DNA of 64,000 bases from Candidatus Marinacidobacterales bacterium (GCA_965219415.1 CBDCNP010000002.1:2528001-2592000); one strand, 5' to 3'. Counted from the stretch's first letter, positions 1 to 11,660 are shown. Made by a program: numbers and translations. Notes: generated by a model not told the origin, from the sequence alone.

Positions 1-188
1 TACGAAACCGAAAAGAGCTTTGTTCTCATCGTTCGCATGGAACCTACGGCCTGTTCCATTGCACGTTCGAGCTCCCGACAAGCATCGATACGGACAAAGT
101 AAAGGCCGATTTCAAGAAGGGCATTCTGACGGTGACCATGCCGAAGAAGGCGAGCGAGAAAAGCCGTCAGATTCTCATCAGTGGTTGA
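1..188 (+). pseudogene. Hsp20/alpha-crystallin small heat-shock protein, 3' part, with internal deletion and frameshift (5' end outside window)
   Basis: YETEKSFVL in one frame switches to HGTYGLFHCTFELPTSIDTDKVKADFKKGILTVTMPKK in another; the central alpha-crystallin strands are missing. Same lesion in the copy at 59840-60171. Confidence 0.8.
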
Positions 189-251
189 CCGCCGTTTTGG
201 GAGCTCGACCCCGACGGCCGGTCCTAGATAACAAGGAGGAATAATCGAGAA

Positions 252-542
252 ATGAAGATCAAACCGATAAAGGACAACATTGTCGTGAAGCGGATCGAGG
301 AGATAGACGAGAAGAAAGTCGGATCCATCATCATTCCCGACACGGCGAAGGAAAAGCCGATGACGGCCGAAGTCATAGCCATCGGATCGGGCCGGACTTT
401 GAATGATGGAAAGAAGGTTGCGCTCGAGGTGAAGGTGGGCGACAAAGTGCTCATCGGCAAATACTCGGGCTCGGAAGTGAAACTGAACGGAACTGAGTAC
501 CTCATCCTCAAAGAGGACGAAGTACTCGGCATCGTGGAATAG
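252..542 (+). CDS. groES: Co-chaperonin GroES
   Basis: 96 aa; GSIIIPDTAKEKP and VKVGDKVL..KYSGSEVK motifs; AAGGAGG RBS. Confidence 0.99.
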   Translation: MKIKPIKDNIVVKRIEEIDEKKVGSIIIPDTAKEKPMTAEVIAIGSGRTLNDGKKVALEVKVGDKVLIGKYSGSEVKLNGTEYLILKEDEVLGIVE

Positions 543-558
543 CTTGGAGGTATTGTAA

Positions 559-2211
<1,653 letters not shown>

Positions 2212-2227
2212 GCTACACACTTCCCGA

Positions 2228-2261
2228 GAGCCCGGGTCGCTCACGCGGCCCGTGCTCTCGT
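2228..2261 (+). terminator. Degenerate rho-independent terminator of left groEL
   Basis: GAGCCCGGGTCGC-TCAC-GCGGCCCGtGCTC stem; the U-tract seen in the right copy is mutated to TCTCGT here. Confidence 0.55.
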
Positions 2262-2295
2262 CGTGTCCGAAAACGGGAACGGAACCGCAAGCTCG
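2259..2295. mobile_element. Terminal stub of an integrase-core (IS481-like) element abutting groEL
   Basis: CGTCGTGTCCGAAAAC.GAACGG matches, as reverse complement, the element ends at about 57733-57766 and 63695-63728. Confidence 0.7.
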
Positions 2296-2460
2296 GGTGC
2301 TTGCGCTGTTTACTGTTGGTGATGTGTACGCGTCCCTTCGCAAAAGAGGCGCTTACGCTCGATTTAGCGCGCAGCGAAGGTCATCGGCGCTATTTTGCTG
2401 TAATTTAATGCACCCTAAAGTCTTAGCGTCATCTCACCAACACTTAATGGCGGAAGCACC
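2296..2460. mobile_element. MITE family A, about 165 bp, full copy
   Basis: Imperfect terminal inverted repeats GGTGCTTGCGCTGTTTACTGTTGGTGA / GGTGCTTCCGCCATTAAGTGTTGGTGA; homologous copy at 13655-13820 and partial copies at 5927 and 60452. Confidence 0.85.
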
Positions 2461-2493
2461 CAATTTCGAGTCAGGTCAGGAGGGTTGCTTGCG

Positions 2494-5400
2494 ATGAAGA
2501 AAATTGCTTTGCTTCTCGGGTGCCTAGTTGTCGGTGCAAGCGCGATCTCGGCGCAAAGCGCAACGAAGCAGTTGCAGAGTGCGGATCTTTCCAGCCTTCA
2601 ATGGCGAAACATCGGTCCCGCACGGCCGAGCGGCCGGGTGACTGATCTTGCGGTCCTCGAGTCGAGGCCGAGTACCTTCTATGTGGCCACCGCGACCGGT
2701 GGCGCCTGGAAAACGACCACCAACGGTACGACGTGGACGCCGGTATGGGACAGCGAGGGCAGCATTTCCTTGGGTGCCATTGCCGTCGCTCCATCCAATC
2801 CCGATGTTGTCTGGGTCGGCACGGGCGAGGCTTGGAGTGCGCGGATCTCTTCCTATGGTGATGGCGTCTACAAATCCGAGGACGGCGGGAAAACCTGGCA
2901 CCACATGGGCCTCCGAGAAACCCGCTACATCGGCCGCATCGCCATTCATCCCCAAGACGAGAACACGGTTTACGTCGCGGCACTTGGATCGCTCTGGGGG
3001 CCAAACGAGGAACGAGGTTTGTTCAAGACCACCAACGGGGGGAAATCTTGGACCAAGATGCTCTACAAGAACCCTCACACGGGCGCAGTCGAGGTTGCGC
3101 TCGCCCCTTCTCGCCCTGAGACGGTATATGCTGCAACCTACCTGCGGGAGCGGCGGGCATGGAACTTCGTGGGTGGGGGACCGGAGAACGGTCTCTACAA
3201 ATCGATAGACGGAGGTGAGAGCTGGGTCGAGCTAACCAACGGTCTTCCCGAAGTGGACATGGGGCGTATCGGACTTTCCATTTGCCGAAGCCAGCCAAGC
3301 ACTATCTATGCGGCTATCGAGGCGCAGCGAGATGCAGGGGGGATCTTCCGCTCCGACGACCGTGGCGCCAGTTGGGAGCGGCGTACCGGAAAGTGGAACA
3401 CACGTCTCGACTACGGAAAGCTCAATTGCGACCCCAACGATCCGGAGAGCCTGTGGTTGATGCACATGCGGCTCTCTCGCTCCGACGATGGCGGGGAGAC
3501 GTTTCGCACCGACGTGGTCGGTCGCGGAGGGCACGCGGACTGGCGCACGATGTGGATCAACCCCACGAACTCAGATCATCTCATCTCCGGCAGTGACGGT
3601 GGCGTTTATCTATCTTACGACCGGGGCAAGAGCTGGAGCTTCATTGGGAATCTCCCAGTATCGCAGTTCTACGACGTCGCGGTCGATATGCAAGAACCCT
3701 TCTACTACGTCTACGGCGGGCTTCAGGATAACGGCACCTTCGGTGGACCGAGTGGAACTCGTTATTCGGATGGAATTACCAATGCCGATTGGAAACTGAC
3801 GACGGGGGGGGACGGTTTCTACGTTCAAATCGATCCCCAGGATCCGACCATCGTCTACAGCGAGTGGCAGTACGGGTTTCTGAATCGTTTCGATACACGA
3901 ACCGGAGAGCGTCACTTCATTCAACCGCAACCTCCGGAAAAGGAGAACTATCGTTGGAACTGGTCCTCGCCCCTGGTGCTCTCACAGCACGATCGCAAGA
4001 CCCTTTACTTCGGTGCGAATTACCTCTTTCGTAGCCGAAACCGGGGCGACAGCTGGGAGACCATCGGTCCCGATCTCACACGCAACTTGAATCCCCATGA
4101 GCTGCCGCTGATGGGCAATGTGTGGCCGAAGGATGCCGTAGCCTACCACGCGGGGACCGCCGATTATGGAAGTATCTCCACCATCGCCGAGTCGCCACTC
4201 AGGGCCGGAGTCCTTGCGGTCGGTACCGACGATGGCTTGATTCAAGTGACGACCGATGATGGGGAAAATTGGTTCCGCGTCGGGACCATCCCCGGTGTTC
4301 CGAACCAAGCGTGGGTGACGCGTGTCGTGCTGTCCGGGCATGACGAGCAGACGCTTTATGCCACGATCGACGCACACCACGACAACGACTTCCGACCTTA
4401 TGTGGTCAAGAGTGCGGACTTAGGTCGCACTTGGAAATCGATTACCGCCAACTTGCCGGAGTTCGGTCACGCGCGGACGCTCGCCGAGCATCCCCGAAAT
4501 CCGAATCTCCTGTTCGTGGGAACCGAGTTTGGCGTCTTCTTATCGCTGGACGGCGGGAACCGCTGGGTCCGGCTCAAGAACAACCTGCCCACCGTCAATA
4601 TTTACGACATATTAATTCATCCCCGAGAGAACGATCTTGTCATCGCCACTCATGGCCGTGGGCTTTGGATTCTAGACGACATCGGAATCTTGGAAAGTGT
4701 GGGACAGGCCTGGGGCAAGGAGCTTCACGTAGCGTCCGTCCGCCCGGCGACCCAGCTCCACCGCTATACCCGTAATCAAGGCTCCATCGGGACGGATCAT
4801 TTTTCGGCGCCCAATCCACCCGACGGGGCCACCATCACTTATTATGTGAATCCGTCATCGCTCGAAGGTGACGGCGGAAAACGCGTGGAAGTCGACATCT
4901 TGGGTGCGGGCGGCGAGTTCGTGCGCCGATTACATACGAATCAAGGGCAGGCAGGCGGTGGCATCCGGCGTTTGATTTGGGATCTGAGGCATCCACTTCC
5001 CTATGACATCACTCCCGAGGAGGCGCGAAACAGTTGGCAGCCTCCCCCGCGCGGGGCATTCGTCATTCCCGGTGAATACCGCGTCCGCTTGCGACTCGGC
5101 GACGAGGAGGTGTCGCAATCGATAACTGTACGAGGCGATCCCGCCATCTCCATCTCCACCGGGAACCGGCGCCTTTGGCACGATACACTGCTTCGTCTCG
5201 CCGAGATGGATGCGGCAGCACGCGGATCGGTGGCTACGGCGCAACAGGTGCAAGAGCAACTAAAGGAAATCGCAAAAGTGCTCGCGTCCAATCCCAACAC
5301 TGCGGCCACGTTGGGCGAGGAATTGCGCAGCCTTCAATCCCAGGTAGACGGTATTTTGGATAACCTCCTGGGTCGTGGCCCTCGGGACGTTGCGGAGCAG

Positions 5401-5646
5401 CCCAAGGCGCCGCCCATTGCCCGACGCATCCGGGAGACCTACGCTTTCGTCGAAGCATCGACCGCCCGTCCTACCGATGACCAATTGCGCATTACCGAGG
5501 AGACGGGCAAGCGACTGAGCGTCGAAGTCGCAAGGATCGATCGTTTGGTGGTCGAAACGATTCCCGCCTTCAACCGGAAGCTCGACACCCTCGGGGTTCG
5601 ATGGACTCCCGGCCGGTCTCCCGGAGTGCGGACTACGACGCAGTGA
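2494..5646 (+). CDS. Secreted VPS10/sortilin-like BNR(Asp-box)-repeat beta-propeller protein (putative glycoside hydrolase-like)
   Basis: Signal peptide MKKIALLL; WRNIGP..GRV; repeated S.DGG.TW Asp-boxes; GGLQDNG; ATHGRG; AGGAGG RBS upstream of ATG 2494. Confidence 0.85.
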   Translation: MKKIALLLGCLVVGASAISAQSATKQLQSADLSSLQWRNIGPARPSGRVTDLAVLESRPSTFYVATATGGAWKTTTNGTTWTPVWDSEGSISLGAIAVAPSNPDVVWVGTGEAWSARISSYGDGVYKSEDGGKTWHHMGLRETRYIGRIAIHPQDENTVYVAALGSLWGPNEERGLFKTTNGGKSWTKMLYKNPHTGAVEVALAPSRPETVYAATYLRERRAWNFVGGGPENGLYKSIDGGESWVELTNGLPEVDMGRIGLSICRSQPSTIYAAIEAQRDAGGIFRSDDRGASWERRTGKWNTRLDYGKLNCDPNDPESLWLMHMRLSRSDDGGETFRTDVVGRGGHADWRTMWINPTNSDHLISGSDGGVYLSYDRGKSWSFIGNLPVSQFYDVAVDMQEPFYYVYGGLQDNGTFGGPSGTRYSDGITNADWKLTTGGDGFYVQIDPQDPTIVYSEWQYGFLNRFDTRTGERHFIQPQPPEKENYRWNWSSPLVLSQHDRKTLYFGANYLFRSRNRGDSWETIGPDLTRNLNPHELPLMGNVWPKDAVAYHAGTADYGSISTIAESPLRAGVLAVGTDDGLIQVTTDDGENWFRVGTIPGVPNQAWVTRVVLSGHDEQTLYATIDAHHDNDFRPYVVKSADLGRTWKSITANLPEFGHARTLAEHPRNPNLLFVGTEFGVFLSLDGGNRWVRLKNNLPTVNIYDILIHPRENDLVIATHGRGLWILDDIGILESVGQAWGKELHVASVRPATQLHRYTRNQGSIGTDHFSAPNPPDGATITYYVNPSSLEGDGGKRVEVDILGAGGEFVRRLHTNQGQAGGGIRRLIWDLRHPLPYDITPEEARNSWQPPPRGAFVIPGEYRVRLRLGDEEVSQSITVRGDPAISISTGNRRLWHDTLLRLAEMDAAARGSVATAQQVQEQLKEIAKVLASNPNTAATLGEELRSLQSQVDGILDNLLGRGPRDVAEQPKAPPIARRIRETYAFVEASTARPTDDQLRITEETGKRLSVEVARIDRLVVETIPAFNRKLDTLGVRWTPGRSPGVRTTTQ

Positions 5647-5710
5647 ATGGGACCAATCGTCGCGGTTCTGAACGCACGCGGCCGCGGGTTGGCTTACAGC
5701 GTGGTCTGCC

Positions 5711-5926
5711 TCAGAGCGTTGCGACGAGGGTGCGCTGTTTCTCCCAATCATCGGGGAGCGGATGATGGAGAAGGTAGCTCGAGGTCAGCCCAACAGGCTG
5801 GCGGCCGTCCACGATGGCACGAACAATGTCGGGTGCCAGGAAGGCATAGCGGATTGCCTTGCGCACCCGGGCCGTAGGGACAGCGTCTTCGGTGGCAATC
5901 TCCTCATAGCGTATGGTGCAAAAACT
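5711..5926 (-). pseudogene. C-terminal fragment of a large serine recombinase family protein
   Basis: RYAFLAPDIVRAIVDGRQP..LP.DWEKQR is the characteristic C-terminus of recombinases of tRNA-integrating islands; cut by MITE-A at 5927. Confidence 0.65.
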
Positions 5927-5967
5927 GGTGCTTGCGCTGTTTACTGTTGGTAATGTGTACGCCATCC
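5927..5967. mobile_element. MITE family A, truncated left end
   Basis: GGTGCTTGCGCTGTTTACTGTTGGTAATGTGTACG matches 2296 onward; interrupted by another element end at 5968. Confidence 0.75.
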
Positions 5968-6165
5968 CGTCCAGTGCCAAAACTCGGCTGTGCCTTCTAT
6001 TTATTCATCCGCGCGCCCCGAACCTGATCGGTCTCCGATCTGCCGGGACTATGCCTGCATGATTTCGTCGTTTTTTCGTGCTCGGCCCTGGGCACGGCCG
6101 CAAACCAGACTCTAAGTTGCTGATTTATGGGCTATTTCAAAAGGGCTGAGTTTTGGCACAGGACG
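5968..6165. mobile_element. MITE family B (5989-6165, internally deleted IS481-like element) plus a 21-bp end stub (5968-5988)
   Basis: Left end TGTGCCTTCTATTTATTCATCC, transposase start codons (MISSFFRA), right end ..GCTATTTCAAAAGGGCTGAGTTTTGGCACAGGACG; the same ends recur at 10961/11107, 57019, 60221, 62417 and 63134. Confidence 0.8.
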
Positions 6166-6214
6166 GGGTCTTGCCGGTTCCCACGCTATCGTCAGCGGTG
6201 CAGCACAGCCGGCA

Positions 6215-6613
6215 CTATTGAACGAAGTGATACGTGATCTGGTCGAAGCGGTCCCGCGCGAAGGAGAACACGAAGAACAGCGGCTCCGAGCCGGTGCATC
6301 GGAGCGCGTGCCTGGCATTGGCAGGGATGTAGATTGCGCAGCCGGGCCCGACCGCCGTCGTGTAATCGTCGATCTTCATCTCCCCTCGGCCGCTAACGAC
6401 GTAATAGGTTTCCTGGGGCTCGTGGTGGTGAAGCAGTAGTTGCGCGCCGGGCGGGAGTTGTGCAATGCCCGTGACGAGGCCGCTGCTTTCCGTGCGTTCG
6501 CCTGTGATCAGGAGCTTCCAGCGTATCGCGCTCTTGGTAGCGAGGGTGGTGTTGCGCCAGCCTTCCCAATCGAGGGTGGCTTGGTCGATAATGATAGGTT
6601 TGCGCATGTTCAT
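6215..6613 (-). CDS. Cupin, DddK/DddW-like candidate DMSP lyase
   Basis: IRWKLLI..SSGL..GIA.LPPG..L.LHHHEPQETY; YIPANARHAL; DRF..ITYHF. The HxH-x3-E-x-Y and distal H/Y pattern match DddK as recalled. Confidence 0.7.
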   Translation of the reverse strand: MNMRKPIIIDQATLDWEGWRNTTLATKSAIRWKLLITGERTESSGLVTGIAQLPPGAQLLLHHHEPQETYYVVSGRGEMKIDDYTTAVGPGCAIYIPANARHALRCTGSEPLFFVFSFARDRFDQITYHFVQ

Positions 6614-6730
6614 TGAACTACCGGTCGACCACCTTTTTTTTGCACTATTTTGTGTGATTTTAATGTGATTCTTAAAGCTAAATGCGTGAAATATTTGTGA
6701 ATTCTTCCATAAATTGCCACCATCGAGACC

Positions 6731-7789
6731 TGTGCATCGTCAAAACTGCTCCGCCCACGAAATCAAGGACTTACGCTCCGCTTGAATTCCGGGCCGAAGA
6801 CGGCGAAACTCCGCCGCTATGCTCAACGTTATTGTCTTCCTCGTCTCACTTGGCGTCCGTGTCATTCGGGCGATGTGTCGGCGCCGCGCCGACCTGGTGT
6901 TGGAGAACGTCGCTTTGCGGCAGCAAGTGACGGTGCTGAAGAAAGAGCGCCCACGCCCACCGCTCGAAGACACGGAACGGGCTTTCTGGGTTGCTCTTCG
7001 AGGTTCGTGGCCCGTGTGGGCGAGCCGCCTGCTCATCGTCCACGCGGACACCGTGGCCCGTTGGCATCGCGACCGATTCCGACGGTACTGGGCAAAGATC
7101 TCGCAGCGCCGCCATCCCGGTCGGCCTCGGATTGATGCCGAGATTCGCCGCCTCGTCCGCACGATGGCGCAAGACGGCTGGGGGGCGCCACGCATCCATG
7201 CTGAGCTCACCAAGCTCGGTTTCATCATCTCCGAGATTACGGTGTCGCGATACCTACCGCGGCATCCTGCGGAGCCCGACCAGCTGAAGCGATGGATGGC
7301 TTTCTTGCGCAACCATAAAGACGATATCGCCGCCATGGATCTGTTCACCGTGCCCACCGCTTCGCTCCGGCTGCTGTACGGCTTCTTCGTCATCGAGCAC
7401 GGCCGTCGGCACATCGTTCACTTCAACGCCACGTTCCACCCGACGTCTGCTTGGGTTATTCAGCAACTGCGTGAGGCGTTTCCCTACGACACCGCTCCGA
7501 AATATCTCATCTTCGATCGCGACTTCATCTTTAGCGCTGGGGTCATCGAGTTCATCAAAGCAACGGGCACAAAACCCGTTCGCACCTCGTTTCGCAGCCC
7601 ATGGCAAAACGGAACCGCGGAGCGGTGGGTCGGCAGCTGCCGTCGCGAGTTCCTTGAGCACGTCGTGGTTCTCGGCGCATGTCATCTCATCCGGCTCGTG
7701 CGAGCTTACATCAGCTACTATCACGAGGACCGTTGCCACTTGGGGCTGAACAAGGACACACCGAGCTTGAGAGCGGTCACGCGCCAACC
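6731..7789 (+). mobile_element. IS481-like integrase-core IS, copy 1, 3'-truncated
   Basis: Left end TGTGCATCGTCAAAACT; near-identical to the inverted copy at 8168-9478; cut at 7790 by MITE-C. Confidence 0.85.
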
Positions 7790-7835
7790 CGTGAGGTCAA
7801 AATACTCATGCGGCTTCCCGATGGTAGAAACGTAG
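6819..7835 (+). pseudogene. Integrase core (rve, DDE) transposase with replaced C-terminus
   Basis: LENVALRQQ, WGAPRIHAEL, DLFTV, DRD, SPWQNGTAER; lacks the GGLHHRY tail of copy 2. Confidence 0.85.
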
Positions 7836-8042
7836 CAGCCCGCCAAAGCCGTTCAAGGGAGCGCACCTTGCGCTCGGACTGAGGGACTGGTCGCTGGCTG
7901 GGAACAGCAGGAGATTCTCCTTGCCTTGATGATTCCTTCCGCTGAACTGGAATGCGTATCCGACCGCGATGGCGGATTCAAGCGGCCCTTGGAAAGGTGC
8001 AAACTGCTGACCCGCTGGGCGTTCGAGTATTTTGACCAGACG
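7790..8042. mobile_element. MITE family C, 253 bp, internally deleted integrase-core element
   Basis: Terminal inverted repeats CGTGAGGTCAAAATACTC / CGTCTGGTCAAAATACTC (16/18); retains the transposase tail NHQGKENLLLFP..GGLLRFYHREAA; related to 63729-63876. Confidence 0.8.
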
Positions 8043-8167
8043 GGATCGTCGGTGAAGGGCATCGCGGTGCCGCGAACGACGGTGTCATGGCCCTCGAGTT
8101 CCGTTCGTTCGGTCGTCATGCCTCTATCTTCGCCTGTCGCGGTCACGCTGGCAATGATCCACAGCCT

Positions 8168-9478
8168 TGTGCCCCGCAAAAAGTCGACCCGGTGTCCATC
8201 ATCATTATTAATCCGGGACTGGACTCTAGGGCCCGGACCACCCTCGAGCACATGCTGGAGAGCGTGGTCAGCGCGCGAGGGAAGGTGCTGAGGACGAACT
8301 TCTCGGCGACCAGCCGAGTAACGCGAGCGACCAAGCTGACTCAGGCTGCCTCTCGCCACTCGTATCGATGGTGCAGTCCACCGACTCGCGGCAGTGCGAC
8401 GACTTTCGCCGTAGGAGACGGTCGGTGCGTGACCGTTCTCAAGCTCGGTGTGTCCTTGTTCAGTCCCAAGTGGCAACGGTCCTCATGATAGTAGCTGATG
8501 TAAGCTCGCACGAGCCGGATGAGATGACATGCACCGAGAACCACGACGTGCTCAAGGAGCTCGCGACGGCAGCTGCCGACCCACCGCTCCGCGGTTCCGT
8601 TTTGCCATGGGCTGCGAAACGAAGTGCGAACGGGTTTTGTGCCCGTTGCCTTGATGAACTCGATGACCGCAGCGTTAAAGATGAAGTCGCGATCGAAGAT
8701 GAGATATCTCGGAGCGGTGTCGTAGGGAAACGCCTCGCGTAGTTGCTGAATAACCCAAGCAGACATCGGGTGGAACGTGGCGTTGAAGTGAACGATGTGC
8801 CGGCGACCGTGCTCGATGACGAAGAAGCCGTACAGCAGCCGGAGCGACGCGGTGGGCACGGTGAACAGATCCATGGCGGCGATATCGTCTTTATGGTTGC
8901 GCAAGAAAGCCATCCATCGTTTCAGCTGGTCGGGCTCCGCGGGACGCCGCGGCAGGTATCGCGACACCGTGCTCTCGGAGATGATGAAACCGAGCTTGGT
9001 GAGCTCAGCATGGATGCGTGGCGCCCCCCAGCCGTCTTGCGCCATCGTGCGGACGAGGCGACGAATCTCGGCATCAATCCGAGGCCGACCGGGATGGCGG
9101 CGCTGCGAGATCTTTGCCCAGTACCGTCGGAATCGGTCGCGATGCCAACGGGCTACGGTGTCCGCGTGGACGATGAGCAGGCGGCTCGCCCACACGGGCC
9201 ACGAACCTCGAAGGGCAACCCAGAAAGCCCGTTCCGTGTCGTCGAGCGGTGGGCGTGGGCGCTCTTTCTTCAGCGCCGTCACTTGCTGCCGCAAAGCGAC
9301 GTTCTCCAACACCAGGTCGGCGCGGCGCCGACACATCGCCCGAATGGCACGGACGCCAAGTGAGACGAGGAAGACAACAACGTTGAGCATAGCGGCGGAG
9401 TTTCGCCGTCTTCGGCCCGGAATTCAAGCGGAGCGTAAGTCCTTGATTTCGTGGGCGGAGCAGTTTTGACGATGCACA
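8168..9478 (-). mobile_element. IS481-like integrase-core IS, complete copy 2 (1311 bp)
   Basis: Ends TGTGCATCGTCAAAAC and TGTGCCCCGCAAAAAG (TGT...ACA); single transposase ORF; no target duplication visible. Confidence 0.85.
8341..9390 (-). CDS. Integrase core domain (DDE) transposase
   Basis: 349 aa; D-D-E motifs DLF/DRD/AER; GGLHHRYEWREAA C-terminus. Confidence 0.9.
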   Translation of the reverse strand: MLNVVVFLVSLGVRAIRAMCRRRADLVLENVALRQQVTALKKERPRPPLDDTERAFWVALRGSWPVWASRLLIVHADTVARWHRDRFRRYWAKISQRRHPGRPRIDAEIRRLVRTMAQDGWGAPRIHAELTKLGFIISESTVSRYLPRRPAEPDQLKRWMAFLRNHKDDIAAMDLFTVPTASLRLLYGFFVIEHGRRHIVHFNATFHPMSAWVIQQLREAFPYDTAPRYLIFDRDFIFNAAVIEFIKATGTKPVRTSFRSPWQNGTAERWVGSCRRELLEHVVVLGACHLIRLVRAYISYYHEDRCHLGLNKDTPSLRTVTHRPSPTAKVVALPRVGGLHHRYEWREAA

Positions 9479-10960
9479 GCCCGCGGCGAGCGGCCCGTAG
9501 CCGAAGAAGCCGTTGGAACCGGCCGAGAAGCCCTGCCCGCGTCCATAGGGACCGACTGTCCACGATGTCGGATGACCCTCGGTAGTCTGGTACTGCTCGT
9601 CACGCCATTCCGCGCCAACGGCGAGGTTGACCATCTCGGTAGCGGCGTAGGAGACATCGAAGTTGACGCCGGTCTCCCGCTGCCGGTTGCTACCGAGATC
9701 GAACGCGGTCGGCGTGTCGGGACCGAGCGAGGCGTTGACGGTGTCGGAGATGAACAGATCAGTCTCGTGAGCCCCGACCGAGCCGCTCACGTCCCAGACG
9801 AAGCCGGCCGCAGTGAAGCCACGGACGCCGACGACGAGTGACACGTCCGTCGCTTCGCCACCGAAGTTCGGGGTGAAACCGCCTGGAAACCGCTCCCGGA
9901 ACGAGAAGCAGTTTGGGTCGTCGAACACCTGCTCCAGGGCGGCCGCGTCGGCGACGTGGTCAGTGATCGCGACCGTGGGGCAGTTCGCCGAGCTGGTGCC
10001 TTGCCGCCATGAGCGCGTCGCCGATCAGCAGCGTTTTGCCGCCGTCGATGCTGAAGACGCCGCCCCGCGTGTTCGGGTTCCGGAAGAAGAATCCCCCCGT
10101 CACTTTTTTGCTGGCGTAGTTCGTGTGGCTGTAGAACTGCACGCCGTTGGCGGCGGTGTAGCCGAAGTTCCCGAACAGCTTCATGTCGTCGTCGACCCGC
10201 GGCGAGCCCCAGACCTGAGGCGTGTCGGAGGCGATGTCCGAATTCCCGGCCGCCCGCAGCGCGATCGCATCGCTGCGAGGCGCGCTCCGATTGGTCGGAT
10301 TCGAGCTGCCATACTCCAAGCTGAGGTTGGCGAAGCCGGTGGCGCCAAGCGGCAGCCCAACATTTCCGGCGACGTTGAAGGCTTCACCGTCGCCCGATCC
10401 GAAAGTGCCGGTGTTGAACGCGAGTGTGCCCCCCGATGGAGCATCCTTGAGCTGGAAGTTCATCACGCCGGCGATCGCGTCCGAGCCGTACTGCGCCGCC
10501 GCGCCGTCGCGCAGCACCTCGACCTGCCGCAACGCAATCGACGGAATGGCCGAAATATCGGGGCCCTGTGACCCGAAGGCGACGCCGTTGCCGCCGTGCC
10601 AGTCGATGATCGACGAGCGGTGGCGGCGCTTGCCGTTGATCAGGACGAGCGTATGGTCCGGCGCGAGGTTGCGTAGCATTGCCGGCCGAACGACCGTCGA
10701 GGCGTCGCTTATCGGCTGTGTGTTGATGTTGAACGACGGGACGATCGTCCTAAGCTGCTCCTGCAGGTTGACGGCGCCCTGCCTGGTGATGTCGAAGGAG
10801 GAGAGAACATCGACCGGCACCGGTGACTCGGCGACCGTCCGCGGCTGCGCACGAGTACCGACGACGACCGTCTCCTCGGTATAGCCCTCCAGCAAAAACT
10901 GCATCTCCTCGGAGGACAGATCCATCGCCTCGATCTCCGCCGTGGTCATCCCGAGCACCC
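9479..10960 (-). pseudogene. TonB-dependent receptor internal fragment (plug plus start of barrel), frameshifted near 10000
   Basis: EETVVVGTRAQPRTVAESPVPVDV, LVLINGKRRH, VEVLRDGAAAQYGSDAIAGVMNF; both ends coincide with element termini (9478, 10961). Confidence 0.85.
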
Positions 10961-11107
10961 TGTGCCTTCTATTTATTCATCCGCCAGCCCATGGGTCGGA
11001 AGTCAGCCCTGCGGCGCGAAATACCCTGGATTCTGCACGGATTCCAAGGGCGTCTAAGCTGCTGATTTGTGGTCTATTTCTAAAGGGCCGAGTTTTGGCA
11101 CAGGACG
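10961..11107. mobile_element. MITE family B, 147 bp
   Basis: TGTGCCTTCTATTTATTCATCCGC ... CTAAGCTGCTGATTTGTGGTCTATTTCTAAAGGGCCGAGTTTTGGCACAGGACG. Confidence 0.8.
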
Positions 11108-11496
11108 GGGAAGGCGTCAAGACCGAGCGTCGTTTCCCGCTCGGTGCCTGCTCCCGTCCGGTCGTGGAAGACGAAGCCGTCGCCGTTGGAGGAAAACACG
11201 AAAGGGATATTGAGGGCCTCGGCGTAATCCAGCCCTTGCGGCATCCCGTCGCTGATGGCGTGGGTGTTATCCTTGGCCTCGATCAGGGCGATGGGGATGT
11301 TGGGCTTGTAATAAAGGATGTAGTCGGCCCGCTTGCCCTTTCCCCGGCTGACCAGCTTGCCGCGAACGATGATGCGGCCCTTGGTGAAGCTGACCTCCTC
11401 GCGAATTTGCGCCATCTCGTCCCACCCGGCCTGGCGCAAGGCCGGTGTGATGAACTTGGTGCAGATGTCACGCTCACTGAGGCTTTTCTTGTCCAT
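11108..11496 (-). pseudogene. hsdR: Type I restriction endonuclease subunit R (EcoAI/EcoEI-like), N-terminal fragment
   Basis: [22 protein letters not shown]; [15 protein letters not shown]; FSSNGDGF; truncated at the MITE-B end. Confidence 0.85.
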
Positions 11497-11559
11497 TGCT
11501 CCGGCCATGATATCAGCACCAAATTCCAGAAGGGCCATTAGCGCTTGAGGAGGACAGAG

Positions 11560-11659
11560 TCCTCAAAGCTCGGCTTCGCGGGAGGAAGCTTCGCTCAAAC
11601 CTTGGCGGACTCTAGTTGAGGCCTAATTATCACAGGTAAACCCCCGGCTCTGCCGGGGT
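11560..11659. mobile_element. Possible IS200/IS605-family end remnant
   Basis: Hairpin AAACCCCCGGCTCTGCCGGGG resembles the IS200 subterminal hairpin as recalled; no tnpA present. Confidence 0.45.
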
Positions 11660-11660
11660 G

